Origin: an uncultured Phycisphaerales bacterium
GTDB lineage: Bacteria > Planctomycetota > Phycisphaerae > Sedimentisphaerales > Anaerobacaceae
Length of the DNA: 64,000 nucleotides
Direction of reading: 5' to 3'
NCBI GenBank assembly: GCA_963772725.1
Contig: CAVYYI010000002.1
Coordinates: 320,001-384,000, forward strand
The notes below the pieces were generated by a model. That model had not been told where the DNA came from. It saw only the letters and a program-made list of their open reading frames with translations, and searched no databases. Made by a program: the position numbers and the translations under genes. Shown here in pieces: positions 32,683 to 44,749 of this stretch. The stretch's first letter is position 1. Each line of letters opens with the position of its first letter.

Positions 32683-33921
32683 ATGTTCAATAACGAATCA
32701 GATTTCGAAAAACTCGTCGCCCGGCTGAATATCAACACTTCGCCTAACCAGACACATAAAGAGACCCTGCGCCGACAAATGCTCACCGCTTTTGATGAAT
32801 CAAAGAAACAAGGATTCTCCCGCACACCAATCCGGCTAACTTATGGGAGAACGATTATGAAAAGTAAATTAACAAAACTAACCGCTGCGGCAGTTATAGT
32901 TATCGCGGCAATCCTTTCAATTAACGTTATAGATAGAACCACTCCTGCCGCTTTTGGCATTGAACAAGTTATTACCGCCTATAACTCCATCCACTTTTTG
33001 CACGTAAAACAGTTTAGGCCTAATGAAGCAGAGCCTATCGAATCCTGGATTAAAGCCAATGAACAGGGCCGCATTACAAATGCAAGATACTATCTGCCTG
33101 AATATGTGTCACCAGAAGATGGCGCAAAACTTGTTACATGGACACCACAAAAAGCAGAATTGTGGTTTAAAAGAAAAAATAGTTACCTTATTTTCCAAAC
33201 CAAAAAGGTTGAAGCTATGATGAAACCTCTTATAGCACAGTCTCAGCCTAAATTAGTAATGAAAAAACTCATTGAAGACCAAGAGGCAGGAGTTGTCGAT
33301 GTTAATATTGTAAAACCTCAGGCTAAACAGGAACCAGCAACAATTACAGTGACCTATAAATCCAAACCCAAAAAGGAAATTTACTACATAGACCAAGCGA
33401 CAGATTTGATCACTCATATTGAATTTTTCAATATCAAAGACACTCAGGTTGTACTGGTTTCTACAACAGAATTTTATGACTACAACGTTCCAATAGATGA
33501 AAAGATGTTTTCCATCAAAGATGAAGTCCCCAAAGAGGTAACCGTGGTTGACCAGCTTAATCAGCTTATTGGAATACCCCAGGGCAACATGACTGATGAA
33601 CAAGCAGCCGCGGAGACGGTTCGACAATTCTTCCAGGCTTTGATTGACAAGGATTACAAAAAAGCAGGGTCGATATTCTCAGGCGTATCTGAAGAAAAAG
33701 CAAAAGAATATTTCAGCAAACTCAATGTTACCGCAATCCTTTCAATCGGTACTCCAACACCATATCCAAAATGCGGACCTCATAGTTTCAAAGTCCCTTG
33801 CGAATTGGAAATTACTACTCCTGATGGAAAAAAGACCAATTGGAAACCTTACGGACCATTCACAAGATGCGGAGACGATGAAAATCATCCCGACCGCTGG
33901 ATAATTCATGGCGGGATTTAA
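32683..33921 (+). CDS. putative anti-sigma factor (single TM, large periplasmic domain)
   Basis: Directly follows the ECF sigma gene; cytoplasmic N-terminus, TM AAAVIVIAAIL, then about 330 aa periplasmic. Confidence 0.65.
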   Translation: MFNNESDFEKLVARLNINTSPNQTHKETLRRQMLTAFDESKKQGFSRTPIRLTYGRTIMKSKLTKLTAAAVIVIAAILSINVIDRTTPAAFGIEQVITAYNSIHFLHVKQFRPNEAEPIESWIKANEQGRITNARYYLPEYVSPEDGAKLVTWTPQKAELWFKRKNSYLIFQTKKVEAMMKPLIAQSQPKLVMKKLIEDQEAGVVDVNIVKPQAKQEPATITVTYKSKPKKEIYYIDQATDLITHIEFFNIKDTQVVLVSTTEFYDYNVPIDEKMFSIKDEVPKEVTVVDQLNQLIGIPQGNMTDEQAAAETVRQFFQALIDKDYKKAGSIFSGVSEEKAKEYFSKLNVTAILSIGTPTPYPKCGPHSFKVPCELEITTPDGKKTNWKPYGPFTRCGDDENHPDRWIIHGGI

Positions 33922-33950
33922 CAAATTATAATTACTGTTTGATGAACAGC

Positions 33951-33985
33951 AAACGGCCGGGTGTTCTTCGCTCGGCCTTTTTTAT
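33951..33985 (+). terminator. intrinsic terminator
   Basis: GGCCGGG...CTCGGCC stem followed by T6. Confidence 0.7.
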
Positions 33986-34034
33986 TATTTTTTAACTGCC
34001 GGACTTGAGGAGAAAAAGCGAAACCGCACAAATG

Positions 34035-34370
34035 TCAAAGCAGTTCTTTGGCCTGTTTAAGGAGAACGCCTAACTTTGCTTCCACTACGTTCCAGACAGT
34101 ACCGGGGTCGAGACTATCGTAACCGTGAACAAGCACATTTCTAAATCCTATTATGTTCCGATGCTCTGATATTTTTTCTGCTGTTTCCGGACTGACGCGG
34201 TCAAGTTGAAGCATTGCCTCCCCGATAATCTGAAGTTCCCGTTCGAGTGCAGAGCGAAAAACCCTGTCATTTTTATAATTATCAACAGTTTTATCTTTGG
34301 TAAGTTCGAGAATAAATTCGCAGCAGTTGACAATATCATAAAGATACTTCTCTGGATTACGAAGCGGCAT
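34035..34370 (-). CDS. HEPN (DUF86/HepT-like) ribonuclease toxin
   Basis: ERELQIIGEA and the R-X4-H motif FRNVLVHGY. Confidence 0.9.
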   Translation of the reverse strand: MPLRNPEKYLYDIVNCCEFILELTKDKTVDNYKNDRVFRSALERELQIIGEAMLQLDRVSPETAEKISEHRNIIGFRNVLVHGYDSLDPGTVWNVVEAKLGVLLKQAKELL

Positions 34371-34668
34371 AGATTTTTCTCCTTGTGCTATTGACCGATT
34401 CAATAAAATAAGGATTTCTCAACCCGCCCGGCTCGACAAGGTCGATTGACCGCTTAAAAAGCCGCTGTAATTCATTAAGCAGTGAAAAGAAATTATCGAA
34501 CCTGTTTTGCCGCACACTGCTGTCAAATTCCACCAGAAAATCGATATCGCTTGTCTTTTCATTAAAATCATCTCTTGCCGCAGAGCCGAAAACGTCTAAC
34601 TTCGCGACGTGGTATCTTCTGCACAGCTCAATCAATCTATCTCTATTCTGTTCTATGATGGCTGTCAT
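34357..34668 (-). CDS. minimal nucleotidyltransferase (MNT) antitoxin
   Basis: VFGSAARDDF...SDIDFLV motif; overlaps the HEPN gene. Confidence 0.9.
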   Translation of the reverse strand: MTAIIEQNRDRLIELCRRYHVAKLDVFGSAARDDFNEKTSDIDFLVEFDSSVRQNRFDNFFSLLNELQRLFKRSIDLVEPGGLRNPYFIESVNSTRRKIYAAS

Positions 34669-34786
34669 ATATTCGCCTCTATAATTTTGGAAATTACGAT
34701 TTTAATATTGTCCGACAAATCCAAGGCATTGTCAAGCATTTTAAAAGCCGGACGAAATCCTCTCGGCCTTTTTTATGCACATAAAA

Positions 34787-34863
34787 AATCTGTGCCCATC
34801 TGCGTCAATCTGTGGATATAAAAATATTGTTATCTCTGTGTTTCTCTGTGCCCTCTGTGGCTA
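34787..34863 (-). repeat. two stacked 9-10-bp-period triad repeats
   Basis: AATCTGTGCCCATCTGCGTCAATCTGTGG and CTCTGTGTTTCTCTGTGCCCTCTGTGGCTA. Confidence 0.7.
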
Positions 34864-34879
34864 TACTTTGTTTTGAATT

Positions 34880-35677
34880 TTATTTCTTGGGTTTTAGCAG
34901 GCCCTTGAATCCTTCTATGACTCCTGAGCCAGCATCTTTGCCTGATTCGAGAATCTTTTTGCCCATTTCGCCGGTTTGGCCGAGAACATCTTTCATCGGG
35001 CCGGTTATACTGTCCGGCAAAAGCCCGGTACCCTGCTTGGCGACGCCCTCAGCAATAGCCACCAGCACTTTGGAAACCAAAGTCCCTATGTCAAGTTTGT
35101 TATCAGCGCCGAGATTTGTCATCTTGATGGTGTCTAGATTCATTGTAACATTGCCCGTTTCCCCCTTTAGCGGTATCATATTAACAGTAACCTTGGTGCC
35201 GGTGATTTCAAGGTCGTCAATGACCAGTTTTTTGCCAGGGGCCTGCGGTTTAGCCTGCGGCTCAGGCTTTTCTTTTTCACCCTTAGGCAAATTTTTCAGT
35301 ATTTCCTGCAGATTGGTTGATAGCCCCTTCTGCTCGATGGTCAGATGCGTTTGGTCAAGCTTTATCTCGCTAATTTTTATAGTATCGCTCAGCAGAGAGC
35401 CGATATTAACACCCACGCGGACATCGCCCATTTCGAGAAGGTTTTTATTTTTGTAACCAGCCGGATTTTCGATGACCAGCCCTTTAAGCTCGACGGAGCC
35501 CTTAAGAATTGAAAGTTTCACATCATCCAGATGCACAGGGACACCCAGCACTTTCGATGCCTCCGACACGACAGCCTTTCTGATAAGCATATTGCCGAAC
35601 AGATAAAAGCCGACAATCGCCACAATCACAAGAGCCGCAACAGCGATACCCGCGATTTTCAGAATTTTCTTCTTCAT
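34880..35677 (-). CDS. AsmA-like N-terminal domain protein
   Basis: N-terminal anchor followed by LGVPV.L..V.LS.L.G...L.GL.I.NP.G. Confidence 0.7.
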   Translation of the reverse strand: MKKKILKIAGIAVAALVIVAIVGFYLFGNMLIRKAVVSEASKVLGVPVHLDDVKLSILKGSVELKGLVIENPAGYKNKNLLEMGDVRVGVNIGSLLSDTIKISEIKLDQTHLTIEQKGLSTNLQEILKNLPKGEKEKPEPQAKPQAPGKKLVIDDLEITGTKVTVNMIPLKGETGNVTMNLDTIKMTNLGADNKLDIGTLVSKVLVAIAEGVAKQGTGLLPDSITGPMKDVLGQTGEMGKKILESGKDAGSGVIEGFKGLLKPKK

Positions 35678-35760
35678 AATTTAATCTCCCAAAATTTTTA
35701 ATAATAAAAGTCTGGTTACATAAAATCAAAACTTCCAGTTTCGTAACTTTATCGACCCTG

Positions 35761-37146
35761 TCATTTATCACCTACTGTTTGCGTTATCCGTGTGTACAAA
35801 TATTTGTTTATGGTGTGACTAATATTTTGGGAATCGTTATATTGAAAAATACCACCAGGAACAACATATATCTGAAACAAAGTGCCGTCAGGGCTGTTTA
35901 GCAACGGATGATTATCAGGCAACTTTATTATCGCTCTTTTATCCGAAACGGATGGATTCACTGCGGTTTTGATAACAACATCGTCAAGAACAAATAAGTC
36001 ACTCTTTGCAGGTGTGACTGATTCTGCCAAGATACTTTTGTCAGAACGATGTTCAACAACACGCCCTTTAAAAACTAAAATAGCACCCTCGTTATTTACT
36101 AAGGAACCTGTCCAAAGCGATGGCCAGAAGGGTTCATTCCACGATATTAGCCGATCTTCTGCATCCGCATTCGGAACAAAAGACACCATCGCACAATTAT
36201 TTGCATCACTATAATAATACCTAGAACTTTCGATGCTAATATCCTTTCTTTGCGTTTTGCCCAAAATAAATTCTACTTGGGCTATTGTCATATTAATTTT
36301 AAGGTTTTTCCACTTGTCAGGATTTTGCCATTTTTCTACGCAATTTACATTAACATCAGCAATAGCAACCATATCCTGAACCCGATTCCAGTCCGGTTGG
36401 TTAAAAAATTGCAAGCTGAATTCTGGTAGTCGTGTTTCATTCTGCAAGACCTTTATTCGTCTTATATACCCATCATTAAGATTTTTAATGGAGGTCTCAT
36501 AGGTATCTTCTATTGTTTTGTGTCCAGCAGCAATTCGTTCTTGCTTATCTGGCGGGTCCTTCCACGCCCCACCAAGATGCCGCACCTTAGGCACGCTAAA
36601 GTTGGCAATAGCCCGATCTCTTATTTTTTTCTTTTTGTCTATCGCTGCGTCCAGTACTTTCTTTTGTTCATTAATTAGTGCGTCCAGGCTTTTTGCCTCA
36701 AAAAATAATATTCCGTTTCGAACACCTCCGACATCGGACAACCCTATTTTCGTCGTGACTGTGCCATACCGATCTTTAACTTTAAGGCTCTCACCGCCTT
36801 TCTGATATTTAAAATGTGGTTCTGAATTATCAACTGGCAAGTCCTGATAAAACCAAATACATTCATGTGATCCATTTTGTTTCAGTTTTGGTCGTCCGAG
36901 TAAACTATATACGCTACTCATGCTCATACCCGGCTTGAGTTTTCTCCAATTACTTATATCAGCCTGTTTACATTGTGTTACGGTTATATCAGATTTTGCT
37001 GATTCGATATTATTCGATCCTAAAGAGTTATTGTCAACTATTTGCGAATCTGTTTGGCATTTAGCAGACTTAGGAGGAAATATGGAGAGTAAGAGCAAAA
37101 AAGTAAACATAGCTATAATACGATAAGTATGATTATGTCTTCCCAT
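35761..37146 (-). CDS. hypothetical exported protein with two SmpA/BamE-like repeats
   Basis: Signal peptide; WRKLKPGMSMSSVYSLLGRP and WKNLKINMTIAQVEFILGKT repeats. Confidence 0.6.
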   Translation of the reverse strand: MGRHNHTYRIIAMFTFLLLLSIFPPKSAKCQTDSQIVDNNSLGSNNIESAKSDITVTQCKQADISNWRKLKPGMSMSSVYSLLGRPKLKQNGSHECIWFYQDLPVDNSEPHFKYQKGGESLKVKDRYGTVTTKIGLSDVGGVRNGILFFEAKSLDALINEQKKVLDAAIDKKKKIRDRAIANFSVPKVRHLGGAWKDPPDKQERIAAGHKTIEDTYETSIKNLNDGYIRRIKVLQNETRLPEFSLQFFNQPDWNRVQDMVAIADVNVNCVEKWQNPDKWKNLKINMTIAQVEFILGKTQRKDISIESSRYYYSDANNCAMVSFVPNADAEDRLISWNEPFWPSLWTGSLVNNEGAILVFKGRVVEHRSDKSILAESVTPAKSDLFVLDDVVIKTAVNPSVSDKRAIIKLPDNHPLLNSPDGTLFQIYVVPGGIFQYNDSQNISHTINKYLYTRITQTVGDK

Positions 37147-37349
37147 TTTTTCTCCTTTAATTTGACGTTTTCTATTTCAACACTTTGCTATGCAACATAC
37201 CGTTTAATTTTGAAATAATATCAAAAACTTTCTTAAATTACAAGTATCCCAATAAAAAATTTATCACGAAGTATTGGAGCCATAATAATACAAAAATTAA
37301 ATTTCTCGTGTCGCTTACGTTTTATCAAATATTTTTGAGCAAACACACA

Positions 37350-40300
37350 CTATAACTCCTGTAATAATTCTGCGGCGTTTAGGACGCCTGATTGCCGCTG
37401 GCGGACCTGCTCGACAAAGGCTTCGAGCCGTGTGGTCAGCGTCGAATCTTCCTGCCCGTCGAAACTCATGTTCAGAATCGGCATATCGCCGCAATCGGCG
37501 CTAAGGCGGATAGTCTGCGTGCTGACAATCGTCGAAGGCATACACGTGAACGGCATGACATTGATGACCCCGCCGAAACCCTGATGATGATATTCAACAG
37601 TTTTGCCGATGCTGAGTATCGCTTCGCCCTCGAAAGACTCGTGCATATACGGCTCAGCCAGCCGGATTACATCTTCCACCGGCTGTTCAGCCAGTCTGCC
37701 AAATTTTTTCTCCAAGTGGCGCGGCCAGCTTTTTCTCGATATTGTGCTGGAAATAATTTTGCACGATGTTATTAGCCAGCAGTGCGTAATATTCATCGCT
37801 GCGGCCGGCATTGTTCTTCCGCGTATAATTGGTATAGTAAATCCATTCTCCGACAGAGGACAAGATCGCAGGCGGCTCCCAGTTCTTCGAGCCTGGCAAT
37901 TATATTGCCGTTGGCGAAAGGATGACTGCGGACATAAATCTCACCGACAATCCCGATTCTCGGTTTTTTCGATTCATAATTTAATTCTATTTTTGAAAAT
38001 TCATCAGCAATCTCCGCCATCAGCGCCGCACTTGTGCGATAGCGACGTATTATTTTCAACCCCGCGAATCCACTTATCCATCGCCTGCTGATAAATCCGC
38101 TGAGCCTTGGCGGCATCCTTGGCAAAAGGCCGGATTCGCATAATAAGTTTACTGAGCAGGTCGATACCGACTGCCGCTATCCAGACATCCTTAATAAAAT
38201 TTCCATGTGCCGAGCCGTTAAAACTTCTGACAAAATCCCTGTAAAAATTGCCGTCCTGGTTCGGCGAAATGATAAGCAGCTCCTCCGCACCGGCGTACTT
38301 TAGAACCAATCTGTGCATACAGTTATACATTCCGAATCTGCACGGCCCGATGCCTCCGGGCATAAAAAACGCGGCTTTACTCGGCTGGGTCTTTTTCAGT
38401 ACGCTAAGCATATCGCCCGCGGTGATCGCGCATGGGAGACATTCTTTGCCCGTGGTAAACTGCCTGCCCCGCATCAGAGTATCTTCATCTGCGATCGGCA
38501 TCACTTCGGCAGATTGGCCATAAGCCCTGAAACACGCCGCGATACCGTAAGCGCAATCGCCCATATACGGAATATATAATGTACGCTCGCACCGCCACTA
38601 CACCGCACTGTTTGGCAACTGCCGTCTTTTTGCATACTCCTCGCCACTTCGATAATGTTTGAGACTTTCGAGAAACGCCTCAAGACGGGTGATAACGCCC
38701 GCGTCAGCGGAATGCTCATCAAGCTCAAGCTGCAGGCACGGCTTGTCGGCCATAATGTCCTTGAAAAATGTCAGAAGAAACGAATCAGGCCCGCAACTGA
38801 AATTGGAAAGATAAATCGCGAAGAGTCTTGGGTCATTTCTGATAATTTCGGCGGCCCGCAGAATTTTGCTGGCCATAACTCCAGTAAACAGAACCTTGAA
38901 TCGAAATTCGTCGCTGATTTTGGCAGCGTCGAGTATCGAGCATCTCCATCGGCATTATTTCCACACCCAGTTCCCGCAAGCTTCTTAGACAACTGCAGAT
39001 TTATGCCCTCATCGCAGCCGTTATATGGCCGCGATACCAGCACAAAAAGTCTTTTATCTGGCCCGATTCTGCAAGTATTTCCCTGCCTTTATCTTTCAGC
39101 GAACTGCTCAAAATCCTCCTGCGCGGCAAATGCCGTTTTTAACAGCCTCGCGAACCAATGGCGACTCGAAATCCCAAGTTCCCCGCCGATTTCAGCGAAA
39201 CCTTTTTGCTTCAGCCTTTCGCCCTCGCCGAGCCTAAGCGGCACAGTGAGAATTTTTGTCTTGCCGAGTTTGTCCGCAAACGCGGTTTTCACCTGGTATG
39301 CAAACGACTGAACATAGGGACATAACTGATTGTGTTTGTTATTGGAAACTCGCCGCCACCGAAACAATGCTCGGAAGAAAGATATAATCAGCTTTCTTTT
39401 CAATCAATTCAGCAACATGCCCATAACCGACCTTGACCGGAAAACAAGGCTGAGCGGTAACACATTCGACGCCCATCCGGATTATTTTCTTGGTCGGTCC
39501 GCCCCGGAAATAACAACATCGAAACCAAGTGACTTTGAAAAATCGCGAAAACAGCGGCAAAAGCTGCCAGTTTACCAGCGCAAGCGGAATACCAATAGAG
39601 TGGCATCGCCCCGCCGCGACTATCGGCTTTCTCATCAATACCGGCACATTCAAACAACTTTTTCATCCGATATTCAAAAGCGTCCTCATCGTGTACTGCC
39701 GTTTTTTGCTCTGCCTTTTTCTTTAAATTATACCTGTCACAGCGCGAGCCGTAATACAACGGCTCCGAACCAGGCATCTGCACTTTCTTAATCTCGCAGT
39801 GGTTAGGGCAATGTTCGCACGTAAATGACTCAACGGTATAATTGACGGAAATAAGATTTTCAAAACCTTTGAATCTGCTTTCGACCTTTTGGTTCTTTTC
39901 CAGCGCCAGTTTCTTCATATATTCCGCCGCGATAGACGCCGCGCCGAGAGCGCCGGTAACCTCATGATGGTCAGGCACCATAATGGGTTTGCCGGTAACA
40001 ATCTCAAACGCCGCCCATACCGCCTTATTAAACGCCGTCCCTCCCTGGAAGCAGATATTGTTGCCGATTTTGCGTCGGCCGACAACGCGATTAAGATAAT
40101 TGGTAACAATCGAATAGCTCAGCCCAGCCACAAGGTCGCTGGTCTTGCGCCCCCTGCTGCTGATAGTTGAGCATGTCGGATTCCATAAACACTGTGCATC
40201 GCTCGCCGAGTTTTAACGGCGCTTTGCTTTGAAACGCCAGATTCGCAAATTCATCATTGATGCTTATGCCAAGCCGCTGCGCCTGCTCTTCGAGAAACGA

Positions 40301-41766
40301 GCCGGTGCCTGCCGCACAGGCATGGTTCATTTCAAAATCGACAACCACGCCGTTTTCAAGCGAGATATATTTGCTGTCCTGCCCGCCGATCTCAAATATC
40401 GTATCGACCGACGGATTGACAATCGCCGCCCCGGCGGCCTGCGCGGTGATTTCGTTGATGACGGTATCTGCGCCGATAAAATCGCCGGTCAGATATCTGC
40501 CCGAGCCGGTCGTGGCCGCGCCGCATATCCGCACCTTGCCCGCGACAACCTGTTTTACCGACCACGTCAAGCCCTTCCTGCACGGCCTCAAGCGGTTTGC
40601 CCGCCGTCATTACATACGCCTTGGCAAGCACACGCTTCTTGTTATCCATCACAACCACATTGGTGCTTATCGAGCCGACATCAACACCCAGATATGCGTT
40701 CTACCGGCATTGTAACATGCGTTTTCCAGAAATTCGCTCATAGACAGGGCTTTTCGGCACCGGCAATTCGGCTGACGCAAAGGCTCCCTGTCGACAGTTG
40801 CGCTTGTTCAGTGCAGAACCATGCTGATTGCTAAGATAATCACTCAATCTGTTTAATCGGATTGTCTGATTCGGTTTACTGCCGCTCTTTGCCGCAAGCA
40901 AGTACCGCGCCAATAGCGCCGGTAAAACAATGTATGCTCCGGAACGATCAAGCTCATCCTGCCCAAGCTCAAATACATGTTCAATGCCCGCACAACACCG
41001 GCATTTGCCGCGACACCGCCGGTAAATACGATCGGCTTAACAAACTCCCTGCCCACAGCCTAGATTACTTTTAAGATTTCTCGCAAGGCCAGGCACACAG
41101 CCCCGCAAGAATATCACTCATCGGCGTCGCCTGCTGCTGAAGATGGATCATATCGCTTTTGGCAAATACCCTGCATCTGCCCGCGATGCGCGGCGAGATT
41201 TGTACTCTCAACGCCAGCCTGCCGAATTCTCCTTCGATATTGATTCCTAACCGCTGTGCCTGCTGGTCGAGAAATGAGCCGGTTCCCGCGGCACAAACCG
41301 TATTCAGTGCAAAATCACGTACTTTGCATTGCCCGTCCCGCTGCGAAAGAAAAATTAATTTGCTGTCCTGTCCGCCCATCTCGATTATCGTGGCCTGCTT
41401 CAAATGCGGATAAAGGCTACATATCGCCGCCGCTTGGGCGGGAACCTCATTCACAAAAGGAATATCAAGCAGCTTTGCAAGATAACGTCCCGCCGTCCCC
41501 GTTACCGCCGAAAAAACCACGTTCAGCGGATTTATCGTTTTAAGAATACTCTCCAATTGCCTGTAAACAGTCTCTATTGGCCTGCCTTTTGTGCGACGAT
41601 AATCACATAAAATGACCTCGCCTGACTCATCCAGAACAGCTATGTCACTGCTGGTTGAGCCAATATCTATCCCCACGCGGAGTTTATGTCCCCCGCTCCC
41701 AGAAAAGTTACTATACTGCTTATAATGGCCGCTTCTGCTTTTTGCTGCTCGCTTTATATCTTCCAT
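37350..41766 (-). CDS. CoA-substrate-specific enzyme activase (two BadF/BcrA-type ATPase domains plus DUF2229-type domains); many frameshifts
   Basis: GIDIGSTS, GGQDSK twice, CAAGTGSFL twice, CFPVK, NFSCGPD, GEIYVR and PFTCMP motifs across about 12 fragments. Confidence 0.88.
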
Positions 41767-42057
41767 TATCCACCTCAAGCAAATATTTTTTAGAAATTTT
41801 ATTCTAACAAAACGATACCGATTATTCCATACCTTTTTTAAAATTATCACAAATTATGTTAATACCAATATGGTATATATATAAACAATTCGTATGTCAA
41901 CTAAAAAATTTTATTTTTTTAAAATTTTTTTCTAAGGAAATACCTTATTGACATTTATTTTAACATTCCTATCATTCATAAAGAGTAGTTTTACTGGCTG
42001 CAATTGTGGTTTGCGCTGCGGTGGAATTATAGTTATGGGGCAGATGCGTAGAAAAAT

Positions 42058-42172
42058 TTGTCATACCTGCCAACGCGGGTATCCGGGAAAGGTGGGGTTG
42101 TCACGCTGGAAGAATACGCCTGGATAAACCACACCCTAAAAAGCTGGATTCCCGCTTCCACGGGAGTGACAA
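42058..42172. repeat. REP-like TTGTCAT...GTGACAA element with a nested second hairpin
   Basis: Arms match 9357-9422; interior AAAGGTGGGGTTGT...CCACACCCTA matches the REP at 51241. Confidence 0.7.
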
Positions 42173-42200
42173 TATAAAAACTGAAGGAAGGGACATCGAT

Positions 42201-44749
42201 ATGACTGCAAAACACATTTTTGTTTTCCCGCGACACGATGCAAAGCTTAACCACTTGTATGACCTCGCTTATAATTTATGGTGCATCTGGAATTTTGACG
42301 CTCTGAACCTCTTCTACAGGATAGACGCCCAGCTTTTCAGAAAAGTACGTCATAATCCCGTCAGATTTCTGCATACCCTCAGCAAAGCAAAACTCAACGC
42401 ACTGACTAAAGATAAGGAATTTCTCTTCGAGCTTGAGGAAGTATGGAACAAATTCCAGGACTATCTGAAATATAACAGCTCTTTGGTAAAAGACTTATGC
42501 GATGAGCAATGCAATATTGAAAAGGATGAATCCATAGCTTATTTTTCGATGGAATTCGGCCTGCACGAATCAATTCCGATTTATGCCGGCGGTCTCGGTA
42601 TCCTGGCCGGCGATTTCCTCAAAGGCGCTCAGACATTGACCTGCCTCTTGTAGGTATAGGTCTGCTGTATAAATTCGGCTACTTCACCCAGCAGATAGAC
42701 CGCAACGGATATCAGCGGGAAATTTTTTCCGAATTCGAAAACCATCTTATCCCCCTGAGCGAAATATCTACGCCCCAGGGCGAAGAGGCCTATATTACAA
42801 TCCCCATGCTCGGTGAGCAGTTAAAAATTAAACTCTGGAAAATTGATATCGGAAAGTCAAAAGTGATACTCCTCGATACCGACCTTGAGGAGAATCCTCA
42901 TCAAATGCAGGACATCACAAACGAACTCTATGTCAGCAATAGAGAAAAAAGAATTCAGCAGGAGCTGGTTCTCGGTATCGGCGGACTCAAAGCACTCGAA
43001 GTTCTCGGCATCAAGACCTCTATTTATCACCTAAACGAGGGACACTCCGCCTTCACCATAATAGCCAGACTCCAGGATTTGATGCTAAACAAAAAACTCT
43101 CATTTCCCGAGGCAAGGGCTGTCATTAAGGCTTCAACTGTTTTTACCACACATACGCCTGTCATTTCAGGAAATGAAAATCTCGGTATGGACCTCGTCAA
43201 AAAGTATCTTCAGCCAATGCTCAAACAAATCGCCGTTGACTTTGAGCAAATTGCCAAACTTGCTATCGCAGACAACAATCCGAACATTTTCTGGCTCCCG
43301 GCGCTGGCGATTAATTTCTCAAAGCATATCAACGGTGTCTCAAAACAGCATTCTCAAATAGCCCAAGCTATGTGGGCTGGAATTTTCCCGCAAAAAACTC
43401 TCGCGGAAATACCCATACACCCCATTACTAACGGCGTTCACATCTCATGGATAAGCGAACCATTCGCCGAGCTTTTCAACCGATACCTCGGCCCTGAATA
43501 CATCCACTGCTCAACAAACACCAATGTCTGGGAAAAAATCTACACTATACCCGATGCCGAACTGTGGGAGGAACATCGCAGAAATAAAAGAGACCTCATC
43601 AATTTCGTTAAAAGAGAGTTCACACAAAAAAAACCACTCGAAGGTTACGCCAAAGCAGGCAAGTTCACTATCAGCAGAATGCTTAACACCGATTATCTTA
43701 CCATCGTTTTCGCCAGGCGATTTGCCGCTTATAAAATGCCCACACTTATTCTGCAGGACAAGGAACGGCTCATAAAAATTCTTACTAATCCCCAAAAACC
43801 GGTACAACTGATTTTCGCCGGGAAGGCTCATCCCGCTGATGAACAATGTAAAAATTTTATAAAGGAAGTTATAGACTTCGCCAGGGAATCGGGACTCCAG
43901 GACCGGGTCATTTTCCTCGAAGATTACGATATTAATACCTCGCGTCATCTTTGCTGGGGTGCGGACGTCTGGCTGAACAACCCAGCTCGTGACATGGAAG
44001 CCAGTGGCACTTCAGGAATGAAAGCTGCGATGAACGGAGTCCTGCAGCTAAGCACTCTCGAAGGCTGGTGGATTGAAGGTTACAACGGAAGCAACGGATG
44101 GGCTGTCAGCTCTGACAATTTATATAACGACGCAGACCCCCAGCACGCCGTCGTCGCCGACCAGTTATACGACATCCTCGAAAATGAGATTACAGGCCTG
44201 TATTATTCGCGAAACGACGCCGATACCCCTGAACTCTGGGTCAAAATGATGAAGGATTCTATATATTCCACCTGCCGCAACTTCAATATCAATCGCGTCT
44301 TGTGCGACTACCTCAGGCAATGCTACATCCCCGCCAAAAAAGAGCTGGGCATTATCTCCAACAATAATTACAAGCTGCTAAAGGCCGCTTCCGATACCGA
44401 AAAAGAGGTTGTTAAACACTGGAGCAAAATAAAAGTGGCCTCTTTTACCACCACTATGGATAAAAAAGACCATATTATCGAGGGACAAACCGTCGACATC
44501 GAATGCGGCATTCAGTTCAGCGACGCCTCACCGAATCTTTTCGTGGTCGAGTTGTTTTACGCCTATGACACCCAAAACAACTATAAAATACTGCCTATGA
44601 AACTGACAAGAATACATGGCGACATTACATACTATAATTACACTGTTCCCATAGAAGGTTATGGCCCTCAAAGTCTCAAAGCCAGAATTAAACCCGCCAA
44701 TCCTACCGTTCTGGATATGCACCCTGAACTCATAAAGTGGAACGATTAG
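42201..44749 (+). CDS. glgP: alpha-glucan (glycogen) phosphorylase (one frameshift)
   Basis: LAYNLW, YFSMEFG, GGLGILAGD, HLNEGH, FARRFAAYK and EASGTSGMKAAMNG motifs. Confidence 0.93.

Noticed and set aside
34812..35456. Long antisense ORFs (e.g. 34812-35456, 38655-39311, 40229-40834, 47179-47724, 54358-54912)
   Set aside because: They are shadows of well-supported genes on the opposite strand and have no recognisable motifs.
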